DNA of 64,000 nt. Origin: Psilocybe cubensis. Lineage: Eukaryota. Positions 50,679-64,000 of the stretch are shown here, piece by piece. Both the position numbers and the translations under genes were made by a program. Where the stretch lies: the NCBI GenBank assembly GCA_017499595.2, contig CM039001.1, positions 1,798,001 through 1,862,000 of the forward strand, given 5' to 3'. Below the pieces are notes generated by a model that ran no database searches, was not told where the DNA came from, and saw only the letters and a program-made list of their open reading frames with translations. Each line of letters begins with the position of its first letter. Within the stretch, counting starts at the first letter, position 1.

Positions 50679-53600
50679 ATGCTTCGATCTACACGTCCTA
50701 AGTCCAAACGTGAACGGGCGCGGGAGAGAAACCATAACTCAGACTTTACTGTCATTAGCAACAGCTCTATATCAACACCAGAACCGCTGTCAGCATCTTC
50801 TAACATTGAAGTCTTGCATCGTCATGAAACTGTCAACGCTTCCTCTGATCATCGCGCTTCTGCAACATTCAAAAATAGATATTTTGGAATATTCCAGTCA
50901 CTTACTGATGAGGCAACTTGGCGCCGTTTGGGTACTCGGTCCCGATTAACTGAACCCCTCATTGACGTTGATATTCTTGATTACCATGACTTTGATCTGG
51001 CTGACTTGGGATTTGAGCCATTGGACCCACTTTGGAGTGACAATATTGACGAGGACTCCCCTGATGATGGCGTAGCACGCAAAAAACCCAGAATCTCACA
51101 AACGGCATGTTTTGATTGGCAGAATTAATTTAGTAATCAAATATTGACCGTTGATTTTTTTAGGATAATCCATTGAAGAACTGGGTTGAACAAGACAGAG
51201 ATCGTGACCTACAAGAAATCCTTCGCCTTGATGGACGAGGCGACTATTCAAATCACTCGAGCTGTTATCAATGCAAAATTAATGATGCCTTGTATCAGTG
51301 TCTTGACTGTGATCGGATTGAGATGTTTTGTAATGCTTGCATTGTGGGAAATCATTTAGCCAATCCTCTTCATCGTATCAAGGTATGTGGTTTCTAATAT
51401 TTACATGAAATTACTGATTTTTTTACTACTGTAGAAGTGGAATCAGCAATATTTTGAACCGACAACACTGAAGTCTTTAGGACTTCGAGTCCAATTGGGT
51501 CACATGATAGGTCAAAAATGTGTCAATCCACGTGCTTCTCCAGGGAATGGTTTCACGGTTGTTGACTCGAATGGCATTCATGATATTTCTCTTGACTTCT
51601 GTGACTGCGAGACAGCTCAATCTCATGCCATCCAGATTCTCCGAAAACGATGGTTTCCATCTACCGGCACATATCCGAAAACCGCAGCGACAATGCGAGT
51701 TTTGAAGCAATTCCATTTACTTGCTTTTGAATCTAAACTTTCGTCATACGAGTTCTACAATAGCCTTGTACGAAACACTGATAATACAGGACTAGGAACT
51801 GATAAGGTAAGAATTATATCTAATCTTCTAGTGATATGAAATATCTAATTGTACACATGAATGATTAGGATTGCTACGATGAATTTACCCGAATGTATCG
51901 GAAATGGACCAACTTGACAATGGCCAAACGTGCTGGTCGAGGCCATGACAGCCGTGGCGTCAATGCAACGCAGCCTGGCGAATGTGCCCTTCTTTGTCCT
52001 GCTTGCCCTCAGCCTGGAAAAAATCTTCCTTTGGGATGGGAAAATGAGCCGCCAGAAAAGAGGTAAGTACCATTGCCCGTTTAATGAGCCTATATTGACA
52101 TTGAAGCAGTTGGATCTATGGACTATTCCTTGCTATTGACGCCAACTTCCGCCTTACTCGCCGTCATGTTTCATCAGAAGATCGGGATCCAGGCCTTGGG
52201 AATGGCTGGGCATTCTTTGTTCAGAATATACCATACCAGGAACACCTAAAAAGGTTTTGGGACTATAAGCAGCCGGTAAGCATTGAAACCGTACCTTCAA
52301 TCTATCTTGCAGTAATTTATGGTATTCTAGAAAAGCACGTGTGTAAATCATGAAGCTTGCAACAATTCCGAAAAAGAGGTTCAAGGAAAATCAGTAACTG
52401 GAGGGGGTACCGTTGATTGTGCGCGTCATAATTTCAAGCGACCCTGTGGATTTGGTGATCTTCAAAAAGGTGAAAGGTAAGTTCAATCCTAATTTATTCA
52501 ACGACTCGGACTACATTGATTAACCCATTTTAAGATATCTAAATATGGACTACATGTTTTTTTCGAGTATCATGCGAACAGCTGTCAAGCGCATTTTTGT
52601 TTCTTATGACATTGCATGCCAGTGGTACAAAAATATCTGGCAACGAATGGGGACCATGCTTCCGGCACCAATGCACATCTCGTCATCTGTTGACAATATT
52701 CAGTTTCTTGTTCCCAAATTCCATATTGCGGCACACATTCAGGAATGTATTCTCAAGTTTTCCTTCAATACAACCAAATATGTCGGCCGGACGGATGGAG
52801 AAGCCCCAGAACGTGGATGGTCGGCTACGAATGCCCTCGCAACAAGCACGCGAGAAATGGGACCGGGCTTTCGACGCGATACTCTGGATGACCACTTTAA
52901 TGACTGGAATTGGAAAAAGATTACGGGCCTTGGTAAGTGATAGCGTCATCAGCAATTTTTTTTATCTAATCTATTGTAACAAATCAGGAGCGTCTCTTCT
53001 CAAAAAGATCAAGAAGGCTGTTCCTCAAGCAGCGGAACATATGTCCCAGCGTCGGCAGTTTGAAAGTGTGCTACCAACAGACGATATCAAAAAGTGGACG
53101 CAGGAAGTTGAGCTATGGGAATTGTCAAAGTCATCGCCAAATCCATATCAAGCCCTAGTAAAAAGTATGCGCAACACGAAGTTTGATAGCGATATTTGAA
53201 ACTAATCTTATTCTCAATTTTTAGGTATGACCGAAGCAGAAGTTCGCCTTCTTTTGGCACAAAAGGCTGCCGCTACCCAGGACGAGGATGTTGTCCATTC
53301 AAATGTGCACCCGAGCATACTAATATCTCAAGGACTACAGTTGGAGGAACAGCAGTGCGTTGCCGATTATGTCCCTCCTATTGTTACTGTGTTTTCTAAT
53401 GCCTGAAATATTAGACGAAAACTTGCTAGAGAAGTCAATGCACTCGGTCAGCACGCAACACCAAGTCAAATACGGGTCATTCAGGAATCCTCCAATAAGC
53501 TTCGGCGAAGAATAACAGCATGGACCGAGGTACAATCTCTCTACATGCCACATGCTGCGGTACTCAGGCAAAAAGATGCTTCGGCAATGCTTCTACCTGG

Positions 53601-54522
53601 CGGTTCTCCCTCAGTCAAGACAGAAAACCTCCCATTATACCTTCCATCTTCATTCGGAAGCAACATGCCATGCGATCCGTCCCTCCGAATCTTTGAATGG
53701 CAGCTTCGACAAGGACAAGCCTTTGATGCCCTCCACGAAATCCGACAAAATCTTCGAGTTGCCAGCCACTATATCAAACATAAGAAACGCTTTTCTCGTG
53801 GAGTCGCTCAGAATACTCGTTCAAATACAACCATCAAAACATTTCAGGAGAAGGCAGATCACGCCGGTGAGAAGTATCGTGTTGCAAGAGCTGCTATGGT
53901 GCATCTCAGTGCACATGTTGGCGATCTTGCACATCCTGGGTGGCAGAGCGAGTTGAAGCCGCTTAGAGAAGAAGACATGCGGAATATTTCTGAGGGTCAG
54001 AAAGGCGAGACGGATGGAAGAAGAACGATATCTTGGATATGGCTAACAGAGGGCGTGTCTGCTATTGAAGAAAAAGACAAACGTATGCACGAAGGTGAGA
54101 ACCGTTTTTGTAGCTGAAGCAATACAATGATCTGATTATCACAACTCTGCACACTCTTAGCCCTTCGTATTGAGTGGTGTCACAACCGTGCTCGTGCGAT
54201 GCGATGGAGTGAAGAAATTGTGCTTCTTCAAGAAGAAATGAGACGGACATTGGCCTTTTTTGAATGGCAGGCTAACTGGTGGACTAACTGTGGAGGCTCG
54301 CTAGAGCATGTTCAAGACAAAGTCACGAAAGAAGGGTTAGTTGCTTATCGCCAACGTCAGGCAGCTTTGCGGCTTACATTACGTGACCGATTTGCTGAGA
54401 ACTGGAAAGATGTCAGTTCATGGGTGGCTTGGGGTGAGGCCAAAAGTCAGTTGGAAGAACTGGATGATCTTGACAACGAGATAGCAGTAGTAGATAGTAT
54501 AGATAATACGAATCTGCATTGA
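50679..54522 (+). CDS. CxC2-KDZ transposase, multi-exon
   Basis: CxC2-like FCDC...WFPST...PKTAAT...FYNSLVRNTDNTG; CPACPQPGKNLP; core LAIDANFRL, GDLQKGERYLNMDY, VSYDIACQW, VPKFHIAAH, GRTDGEAPERGWS; C-terminal LRIEWCHNRARAMRWSEE. Confidence 0.93.
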
Positions 54523-54711
54523 ATTCACACAGGGCATGAACGTACACAATATGAATGGCGGCATTATTCCTCGCTCCATCCCGCCTTTTCCCAAAACAAG
54601 CATTCCCGAAACTGGGCCAAGCAAATTCTATATAGCACTGAACAAACAACAGGACGGACTTGATATCTGAGTCTTAAAGAATGATTGCATGTAAGCGCAA
54701 CTACAGGTGGG

Positions 54712-54791
54712 TGATATATCACGACTAGGTCTCTAACTAGAGTACCACATATATCACGAATTTCCTATGATGAGAGATAAATGATATATCA
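54712..54791. repeat. Right subterminal TGATATATCA palindromes
   Basis: Copies at 54712, ~54748 (variant) and 54782 mirror the left-end spacing. Confidence 0.85.
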
Positions 54792-54941
54792 ACGTATCAG
54801 CTAGTGGTGATTCGGCGGTTTCATAACACCAATTGGAAGAATGACACCATATATAGAATCTATCTATTTCGGGTTGCGGCCCGTCATAACCAACTTTTTT
54901 ACATTTTCTTGGCAAGGTTTGGCCTCCCACACCTAAACCAC

Positions 54942-57362
54942 ATGTCGGCCTCTACTGCTTTCGCGGGGCTTTGGTCTTCTCTTCCTACTCCGTTAACTGA
55001 ATGGGTGTAAGCTCATGAGTATAAATAAATCTGTGGTACATATGAGTTCTAATCAACCTATTCAGTTTAGATGTCATACAATCAATGGGTCACACCCAAA
55101 TGACTCCAGTTCAGGCGTCTACTATCCCGTTATTCATGAAACATAAAGATGTCGTCGTGGAAGCTGTGACTGGATCTGGGAAGACGTTAGCATTTGTGAT
55201 ACCCATTATCGAACGCCTGATACGACGAGAGACGAAGCTCAGACAGGAAGAAATTGGCGCGTTGATCATTAGTCCAACAAGGTACGACGGTATGACAGAC
55301 GATACCATATAGACTTGATTAACCTGTAATCAGGGAGCTCGCTACTCAGATACACTCTATATTCCAATTGTTTCTTTCCTCTCAACCAGAAGATACCCCT
55401 ACATTACCCCCTCCTTTGTTACTCGTTTCGTCAGATCAGTCTTCCCCCGCTCAAGATGTTCAACGATTTATCTCCACTGGTGCTGATATTGTAATCGGGA
55501 CACCTGGAAGAATTGAAGAATTTTTATTGGGCAAGGGTCGGAATACAGTAAATGTAAAGGGATTGGAAGTCCTGGTGTTAGATGAAGCAGACAGGTTCGT
55601 AATCTCATCTAACTTGTTTTTCGAATCGAAAATAATGATTAAGAACACAAGGCTGTTGGATCTAGGGTTCCAGGCCGTACTTAGCCGTATTATTACATAT
55701 CTTCCCAAGCAGCGACGAACAGGGTTGTTCAGTGCAACAATGACTGATGCAGATGCTCTATCAGAGCTCGTCCGAGTAGGTTTGCGAAACCCGGCACGAA
55801 TTACTGTCAAAGTGCAATCAAAGAAGTCGAAAGTGGGTATGGATGGAACAAGTAAAATAATAGAGGAAAGGAGAACACCAGCAAAGTATGTCTTTTCTCC
55901 CTTTAGGTCCATTTCGTTATTGATGTCGTCCCGTAGCCTAAAGAATTACTACGTTACCTGTCGCCCATCTGAAAAGATAATCCAGCTGACTCGGATTATT
56001 TCAAATGAAGTCGCTAAGAATTCATCACACTTTATCGTATATTTTGCGACATGTGCATGCGTGGATTACTTCTATAAAGTTTGTCTCACTTTGAGATCTG
56101 TGAGCATGGTGAATTTTAACAAACTTTTTCACGTAGATACTTCCATTTTTGACTGAATCGAGGGCAACATTTTACTCCTTACATGGCAATCTTACGCCTT
56201 CAGCGCGTACGCGTACATTGTCAGCCTTTGCTTCCGCTCCCGCAACGGTTGGGAATCCATCTATCCTCCTTGCCACAGACGTGGCAGCTCGTGGCCTTGA
56301 TCTGCCTTCAGTGGACGTAGTTATTCAATTTGACCCACCGACAGACACCAAAACTTTTTCACACAGATGTGGACGTACCGCTCGTGCAGGTCGAGGAGGA
56401 CGTGCATGGATACTGCTTTCAGGTAGGGAGGTGGACTTTGTGGGTACGTTGTCCACAATAAATGCCTTTGTTTGGCACCCTAACATTCAGGTGCTAGATT
56501 TCCTCAACATCCGCAAGATTCCACTAGAGAAGAGACCATATCTTACTGCTGAAGCTGAGACACAACCACCACCAATTCAAGACGATGATGAAAAGTCCGA
56601 TGACCCTGAGGTCGAAGCCTTTGTCGATAAAACAAGACGCATTCTTCTAACTGACAGAGCTCTTCATGATCAAGTACGTGGGTATCACTGATGGATATTT
56701 CTTGTGACGCCGATCGTTCCATAGTCTATAAAGGCTTTTGTTTCATTTATTCGTGCCTACTCCAAACACGAAGCCTCTTATATATTTCGCGTCAAAGACC
56801 TTGATTTGATCGGAGTGGCAAAGTGTTTTGGCCTCTTACGCTTGCCTAAAATGCCTGAGCTGAAAGCTGTTGCGAAAGACTTGTGGAAGGATGCGGATGT
56901 ATCAGTAAGTTCAATCGTAATTTTTTTCTTCTCTTCTAATATATTCCTTTAAAGTGGGACTGTTACGCTTATGCTAACCAAGCACAAGAGACGAAACGAC
57001 AAAGAGAACTCGCAGATGCAGCCACGGCTAAAGAAACCGGAGAAAAAGAACATCGCCACTCTGACTATATACGTCAAAAAAAGAAGAATGCTGCATGGAG
57101 TATGAAAGCCAGCAAGGAAGAAGAGCGGGAGAAACGAAGAGACAAGCGAAAAGCGAAGAAAAAATGGGAACGAGCAAGAGAGGTTGCACCTGTGATGTCA
57201 ATCGAAGGACACACAGCCGGAAAACGGCCGCATGAGGATATACAGGTTGGAGACGAAGCCGATGATTGGGCAGAGCTCGCCCGAGAAGAAAAAATGGCAA
57301 AGCGATTGCGTCAAGGGACGATTTCTCAAAAAGATTTCGACGCGGAATTTGCAGACCTATAG
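54942..57362 (+). CDS. SPB4: DEAD-box rRNA helicase Spb4/DDX55
   Basis: [81 protein letters not shown]. Confidence 0.93.
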
Positions 57363-58332
57363 AAAAAATCAGGACACGATACTTCGTCTTCCGCCGTGTA
57401 AGCCAGAAAATTTTGTAGTCCACAAATGGAAAAAGTACAGCTAAGAAGAAAAAGATAGTTGGCAGTGGGCACAACCTGCCTGAGGTGAGGTGATCGTCAC
57501 AACGCAACGCATTCAGCGTTATAGCACATCATAGACCGTAACCTTTGCGCGAAAACGCTTGTCGCCTGAATCATATCTAACTGTGACCCGAAGACAACTG
57601 TTTTGGTTATTTTTAAATTCTTCACGTCTTTTCGGCCAACATGGATCAAACAAATTAGAATCCTGTTAGGTTGAACCGTTGCTTACCAACTTTTTATACA
57701 TAGTTGACTTCATGACATGAAGTCGGTTTTGGTGACCCCAATTCACCAAAACCGGGATGCCTTGAATTCATCTATTGATCTATCTCTAATCCAGATGACA
57801 TGGTCCATCATCCTACCAAATACCGTCAACGCTGACAAAGAGGGTCGAATGGGCTACCTACAGGCGCACGACGTTGATTTACCCACAAGTTCCCAAAACC
57901 CCACTGGTCTTTGTCCCAGGCTGCGCCGCTCTAAGAGGCTTAGGGGTTCTCGGTTGCACCTTGAGAGACAAGCATGATGCAATCTTAAAACTGCGTCCTA
58001 ATGGTGCTTCTGATGATCTTGTCTGTTTTGTATTCCGCCATGTGCTCTCTAACTAAAAATACGCTCTCGCATGATCATCTGGGTCATCAACTCTTCTCTG
58101 GTCTCCATCTTGTACAGCCCGTAGCTGTTCAAATCAATCAACAATGGATGGATCCAAAAATATCCTTCCAATGGCTAAAATTATGCGGTTCAGTGACTTC
58201 TTGCCCTGCTTCTTGTGGATAATTCTTATCGATAGGAGAATCTTTGAGTGGTTCAATCTGAAGTATTTTTGTCTGCCTTACATGGTGGTCATTTAACCCC
58301 AACTGAACCAACTGCGGGAACTATTGTCAGAG

Positions 58333-58340
58333 TATAAAAG
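58333..58340 (+). promoter_or_regulatory. Probable TATA box of the CipC-like gene
   Basis: TATAAAAG about 85 bp upstream of ATG 58418. Confidence 0.5.
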
Positions 58341-58417
58341 GGTGAAGTGTTATTATCTGATCCTGCACTCTCCTGCAACTGTACCACTGACTTCACTCAT
58401 TACATACACTGATTATT

Positions 58418-59019
58418 ATGGGTTGGTTCGACAACGATTCTGATCAAGCTAATGCATATGACGAGGTATGTCTGAACCATCTGGATGCATATTCAGTTCT
58501 CAGTCGCACTTCCCAGGTTGAAAGGGCACCTCACAAAGCACAACTGTCCCATGAACTGATTGCCGCCGCTGCTTCCTATGAGGTGTGTATAGATAATTAA
58601 ACAACCATTAATTACAGATTTAATACAATTTCCTTAGGCTGCCAAAGCATACGAGAAACATGTTGAGGAAAACGGCAAACCCGAATCGCACGCGAAGGCC
58701 AAAGAGCTCCTGTAAGTTCCCTTTGATATCACACAGCTCATCGTTTATCATTGCCCAACAGCGCTGCCTTCTCCGGAGCTTTCATTGATCGCGTAGTGGA
58801 AACCAAAGGAGTGAGCATATTCACTGCCATCCGTTGAATACAGTAGCATCATAACTCACTCATTTCTTGTTAGCTTGACTTCGTCGACAAAGAGAGAGCA
58901 AAACACCACGGTAAGTCTTTGTTAACCAGAACCATATTATTGCTTAGTAGTCACAAAAACCTTCCTACACATTAGCTAAAGAGCAGCTTCACGAAGCCTC
59001 GCAAGGCGACTACTACTGA
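58418..59019 (+). CDS. CipC-like (DUF3759) small protein, many short exons
   Basis: Spliced MGWFDNDSDQANAYDE/VERAPHKAQLSHELIAAAASYE/AAKAYEKHVEENGKPESHAKAKEL/...FIDRVVETKG/LDFVDKERAKHH. Confidence 0.9.
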
Positions 59020-59486
59020 TTGAAATTACCGAGTTGGAACATAACTTCAAAGTGAATTTTAACAAAGAATTTGGCTGTTTTTATCGGTTTAGATATTATG
59101 TCAATCGTTGGATGTCTGTTTCTCTACCCAGAATACCATTATCAACCCAGTAAAATAATAAGTCACCGTTTGAAGCTGCCACAATCGTGGCCACAGTCAA
59201 GCTCATACTGGAACAAACAAGACAAGACACAAATAATTCTGTTGTGTTGTATTTATGTATTTTAATTTGCACGTCATCAGGTTTAAACCTACCTACAACG
59301 TATATCCTCTAATAGCCCACCAAAGAAGGCGGAAAGATTTACAGCTACTATTTATCCCTTCCGTGAATGCAGCTATATTCTTGTGAAACCTAAGGTGCCA
59401 GTGCCCGAACGCAGTTTTACCTGTAATTTGGTCGACTTTCTCTCCGTTTTTAACTTTGTGGTCGGAGGTAATACGCATTGGCCACA

Positions 59487-61420
59487 ATGGAAGTGAAGGA
59501 CTTTCGCCATAACAAACGTTCACTGGATCGTAATGATAACGACAGGATCAACAAGGGGTTGTCCTACATAACAGCGATCTCCGCTTTAGGCTTCGTGGTT
59601 GGGCTTCTGTTCTTCATCAAGTGGGCCTACGTTTCTCATCGTCGGAAGAGTCAACGCGATGCTTTGCAATCTATTTGGCGCGACGATTTCTCTGTTTCTT
59701 CTCTACCTCTTTGGAGTCGAAAACGCACCCTCAAATCAAAAAAGTATGTGAGGTCTGCACTTCTGGTAGGGCTATTTGGATCCCCTGCTTGGGAGACGAG
59801 GTATTCCGCAACTACCAATAAAGTGTCTAGGAGTAGGCCGCAAATTGGCTGGCCAGACTCATTCCCTGCTAAAGAATCCAGCCAATATAAAGCTCTCTCT
59901 GTTAAGTCCGTTCGAAATGCATTTGTGAACACTACAGACACAAATCGCGGCACTGGAGATGTTCATCATCTACGGGCAGATAATCACAAGCCAGATGCCT
60001 TCTCTGCGACCCCAGAGTTGCCTTTACCTTTGCCGGTCATGGAATTGCATTCTGGAATGAAACGCTCGAGGCACTCTGAGAACATGAACAGTCCACGGAT
60101 TATGTGCTGGAAGAATGCAATCTTATCAAAGAAGCACACTAGTTATCCATCTGGTCTTTGGATTGAAAAATTATCAAGTGGTCCTATCGGCAATCCTCAA
60201 ACTCCAAGCGCAGAAAGCTCCTTCACGGCATCGTTCAATGTGCTTGGTTGCTCTAAGGATACTGTGTCTGAAAACACAGACCCCCAAACTAGTGACATAC
60301 CTCGGTGCTTAGTTTCAATTGAATCAGAGGTCGCCTTGCCAAATCCTCAACATACAAATTCCTCCGAACCAAAGTTGGACCATGAAGATACATGTTATCT
60401 CTCCAAAAATGCTATTCTCAACACTGGCAAGAAAGGCCTAAATGTTCATTTGTCGGGCGGCTTGATGGATCTAGAACGCCAGATACCTCTACCTTGTACA
60501 AGTTATCAAGGCGATTTACAACCCATGTCGTTTTGGGTGCCCAATTTATCACCGTTTACACTCACCAACGATACATCGAATGCGTTAAACGGCAGTGAAT
60601 ACCATAGCGATAAACGACAGTCTTCCAAGCAGGCGAGAAGTGTATTACCAGTCAAGGAGAGGTTGCCAAGTCGTAGCCCCAAAATAGGCCCTTCTCCTCT
60701 ACGCAGGATGTTCCTTCCTGCAGACGATACTGAAGTTAATGAAACTGACAACACAAGCGCAATTCCTACCTCCATTTCAGACAATAATAGGCGCACTCAA
60801 TTTCCATGGGCGCATACATCTCCAGAAGCATTGATCCCATTTTCTACCAATCCTATTAGTTTGAATGTTGATGGGGCAAAGCAGCCGAGGAATATGGGTA
60901 GTACTGGTCTAGGCATTTCATCTACTGTCTCCAAAATAAGTTACAACAAGCCACCAGTGCAACGCTTAGCCTTTGTAAAGGAACCTCGTACAGACTCGGA
61001 CACAGATTTGCTTTACTTTCTGGAGGAGTTGGTTCAAGAAACCAGCGAATGGGAGCCCGACATGTTTCTTGACGACAACTTCAAGGTCATGATAGACAGC
61101 TCCAAATCCTTTGGTCTGTGCGCCCCGACAAGGGTTCAAAGGAGCAAATCTACCCCGTCAAGGAAACATCGCATGTCGTATGTTTGCTTGGAAGATATTC
61201 CGGAAGTTGATAGTATGGGCTGGTTTCGTTATACTTCGCGTGATTTTATTATTTATTAAGGCTACCATTATAGTCACCGAAAATTCTCATTCGCCAAATG
61301 CGGACGAAGACCATCGCTCGTATTGGTCTGATGAAGAGGCTGCTGACAGGTAAGAGAAGACATATTTACTTAAATTCTTCATTTTAAACGTTTTTAAGGG
61401 ACGTAGGGATTGCCTGTTAA
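59487..61420 (+). CDS. Hypothetical single-pass membrane protein with long disordered tail
   Basis: 593-aa ORF; TM ITAISALGFVVGLLFFIKWAY; LLVGLFGSPAWET and LEELVQETSEWEPDMFLDDNFK blocks; 3' end approximate. Confidence 0.65.
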
Positions 61421-61737
61421 TTGACTCACATTCTAGTTCCACTACCAAAGACGAGTCATTCAGTTTGGCTTTGGTTCAACCATCCCCCAACCGAATCCAT
61501 TTCATTTTAAACCTTACTCGTATCGTTGCGACACCTTACTCAAGTTGTATGCAGCCGAAGTGACATATGTAGCCCGACGCCATAATGGATACCCTTGATT
61601 AGACGTTTGTCAGTAGTAACCCAAATTTGTATTATTACATCTTGTAAGTATTATACATTACTGTACAATGCAATTTTGCACATTGTAACAAACTATCCGA
61701 TAATGTACAGAAACTTCCTATTTACAGTGAGGTGCCT

Positions 61738-63993
61738 TCATTTTGCTCTATCATACCATCTTCTTAAGTTAGTTTGGCCTGACTGTTCGACTAGTTTGGA
61801 AATAACGCCTCTATCCAAGGCGCAACGATATTTCATGAATTGCTTTGCTGTGTTGGCAGAGGGACCAGATATATAAATGAAGGTTTTTGCAGAGATTAGA
61901 CCTTCGAAAGCCTATAACCCAGCAAATTAGAAAATAGAATCGAATGGAAAGATGGAACACCAACACTCATTGCGATATCACGGGTGCATGTCATCATTCC
62001 TATGCTGCCTCCGTTTATCTGTGCAGGTGCTGACTGAGATGCACGTACTTGATCACGGAAGATCTCAAACATCATCTCAAAGGTGAATGTGCTTTGTCCG
62101 TTTGTATTGAGATGAACGCTTGCAATAAGAAGACATATTGCAGGGTAAGATAGATCTGATTTCAGAATTAGTTCATGTCGGCAATAATGAAAATACGGGG
62201 ACATACTATCCGCATGAAGGCTGGAAGGGCGAGAGCGCTGCGAATGGGCTGATTGGGAAATATGTTTGAGGGTGAGGTAAGGTTGTGCCAGGGTTAACAA
62301 TGAAACAGATTGCATCTAATGCACGACGCACACAGAGTCAACATTTTTTACGCGAAGCTCGGCACATTAAACGTACCAGGATACGAGCGATGACCTTTAG
62401 CTCCCTGGTGACACTATATGTTTCTTTCAAGATACCCAGAACTTCGTTGTTCGCAAGAAAATTTTCCACATGGGCATCCCACAGTTGATTCCACTCAGTT
62501 TGCCCCAATGAAGTATTGTCCGGAGCAGAGGACTGAAGACTAACCCGTACGTACGAGAGGCAGACATCAAAACCGCTAGATGGCGCTGTACGTATCGTTC
62601 TGCCTGAGAAACGGCTCTTGACACGCTTTTCGAGCAGTTGGATAGTGTCCAGGCGGGAAGTAACTCCGATAACCGCAATGCCTCTACTTTCCGCGCTTGC
62701 ACGACAATTTTGAACGGTATCCAGAAGGCAGTAGAGCAAGGATTGCCGGGGATGGGAGGCAAAAAGATCAAAAGCGTCCAAGATAACGACTACCGGCTGC
62801 TTCAAAGTCAAGAGAGCAGGAATAAGGGAGTGCAGGTGTGAAGCAGGGGGTAACGACGTAGTAGAAAATGCAGATTCCTCGTTTGGCTGGTCATGAGTGA
62901 TGAGAAAGGGATTATCATCGTCTTGATTAGTGTCTGTAGCGGGGTTTGTTGGGTCGTTTACAATATCTGAAAACAAGGCCGATCCTGTTTGTTGTAGAAG
63001 TTGTATGGCAATTTCGCGTATTGCATGCCGGTCCGTACTTTGAACCCACCCAGAGAGGCGGATAATAATAGGTTTACTCGGAAGATTTTGAAGACAGTCT
63101 TCTAGGATCTGGTTCCACAAATAAGACACTAGTGGTAACACAATGTAGAAAATTGAATAACTCACAGCGGACTTTCCGCTTCCCCTGGGTCCAAGCAGAA
63201 GACAGCTATTACCTTCTGCCCTCATCACCGTCCCTTCAATTAGTTCGGCTAGTTGACTGGCCGCAACAACATTCACAGAAACTTCCAATTCAGGCGCGTC
63301 GACCTTGAAGATTGGACGTTGGAGCATCTTCATTATGCTGCGCTTCTGAGTGTAGAAGAAAGGATGTAGGTGTACTGGGAGAGCAGTCGAAGCCTCTGTG
63401 AGTGGTACTTTTTGTAAAGCAGCAGAGTTCGGAGGTATAGAGATATTTTGCGCAAGAGATGAGCGTCCATCGAGATATGTTGGTGTCGGGGTCAAAGACG
63501 ATCGAGGTCTTGTCATAGACACATTGTCGTCGATACTTTCTACCTCAGAGAACAACGGAGATCCTTCAACTGTTTTGAAAAGCTCTTCTACCTTAGAGCC
63601 GTCGATTGTTGATACCGTTTCGGGAGGTTCAGAGTAATTGGCCCGACTAAGCTCTTTTGTATGGACAACCTCTACGGAGTCAGGCGCTTCCAGATATGTG
63701 TCCACAATTGTAGTAGAGCGGGTTCGCCTAGCACGTTTGTTTTTGGGTATATTTGGGACAGTATCAGTTTCGATAATTGTAGCGGCCGTTCGACGTCTTG
63801 TCATTCGTTTGGGAGGGGCTTTTGCTTCGGGTTCCTCGACCATTGTTTCTAATTCACCGGCCACAGTCGTAGTCCTCCGTCTAGACTTCTTCACCGTTGG
63901 CGTTTCAGTGGAATCTGCGATTTCTTTCAGAATGGTCGAGTTAGAGGTCGTCCGCTTAGCGGTCCTTTTCGAAGGCGCTTTAGCATCTGGCAT
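61738..63993 (-). CDS. ORC4: Origin recognition complex subunit 4 (5' end may extend beyond window)
   Basis: EGNSCLLLGPRGSGKS, HPRQSLLYCLLD, LLEKRVKSRFSGR; ends RRWYDRAK*. Confidence 0.9.
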
Positions 63994-64000
63994 GACGATG

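Larger units (their letters stand above)
33145..54809. mobile_element. Large (21,665 bp including nested inserts) CxC2-KDZ (Kyakuja-Dileera-Zisupton) DNA transposon with cargo genes
   Basis: 7-bp direct repeat ATTCGGC at 33138-33144 and 54810-54816; CA...TG ends; left CAGGCGTAGCAGTCACATTGATATATCA vs right reverse complement CACCACTAGCTGATACGTTGATATATCA at identical offsets; KDZ transposase inside. Confidence 0.85.

Noticed and set aside
33145-54809. TET/JBP dioxygenase cargo, often associated with fungal KDZ/Plavaka elements
   Set aside because: No exon with a recognisable TET/JBP HxD...H...R pattern was seen; an HMM search on spliced models would be needed to exclude it fully.
33145-54809. 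Starship-type giant element
   Set aside because: No tyrosine-recombinase captain gene; the ends and transposase are of KDZ DDE type.

Overview
Intron-rich fungal DNA, probably Agaricomycete/basidiomycete (short ~50-nt GT-AG introns, typical gene families). About 1-33.0 kb and 54.9-64 kb are dense housekeeping genes: C2H2 zinc finger, Mix23/Cid2, GILT-like, Yos1, MRPL22, ribophorin I, PPR, aspartic protease, HOT/ADHFE1, HIS6, RPL35, STE20/GCK kinase, chitin deacetylase, TFIIF-alpha, mitochondrial ketoacid dehydrogenase kinase, NDR/Cbk1 kinase, SPB4, CipC, ORC4. Between CBK1 and SPB4 lies a 21.7-kb nested transposon complex whose junctions can be read from the sequence. (1) An outer CxC2-KDZ element (33145-54809) with CA...TG ends, imperfect TIRs built on the TGATATATCA palindrome, a 7-bp TSD (ATTCGGC) and about five cargo genes. 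(2) A ~1.36-kb non-autonomous Pack-like element (39219-48319) inserted in an intron of a cargo gene and carrying intron-containing captured gene fragments, one bracketed by a perfect 48-bp direct repeat. (3) A 7.7-kb Plavaka element inside it (39953-47696; TIRs, 2-bp TSD) with transposase and a divergent DUF6698-like gene. (4) A 672-bp MULE-type MITE (49671-50342; 9-bp TSD) in another cargo ORF. Multi-exon gene coordinates are hand-derived spans. Family names come from motif recognition, not database searches.
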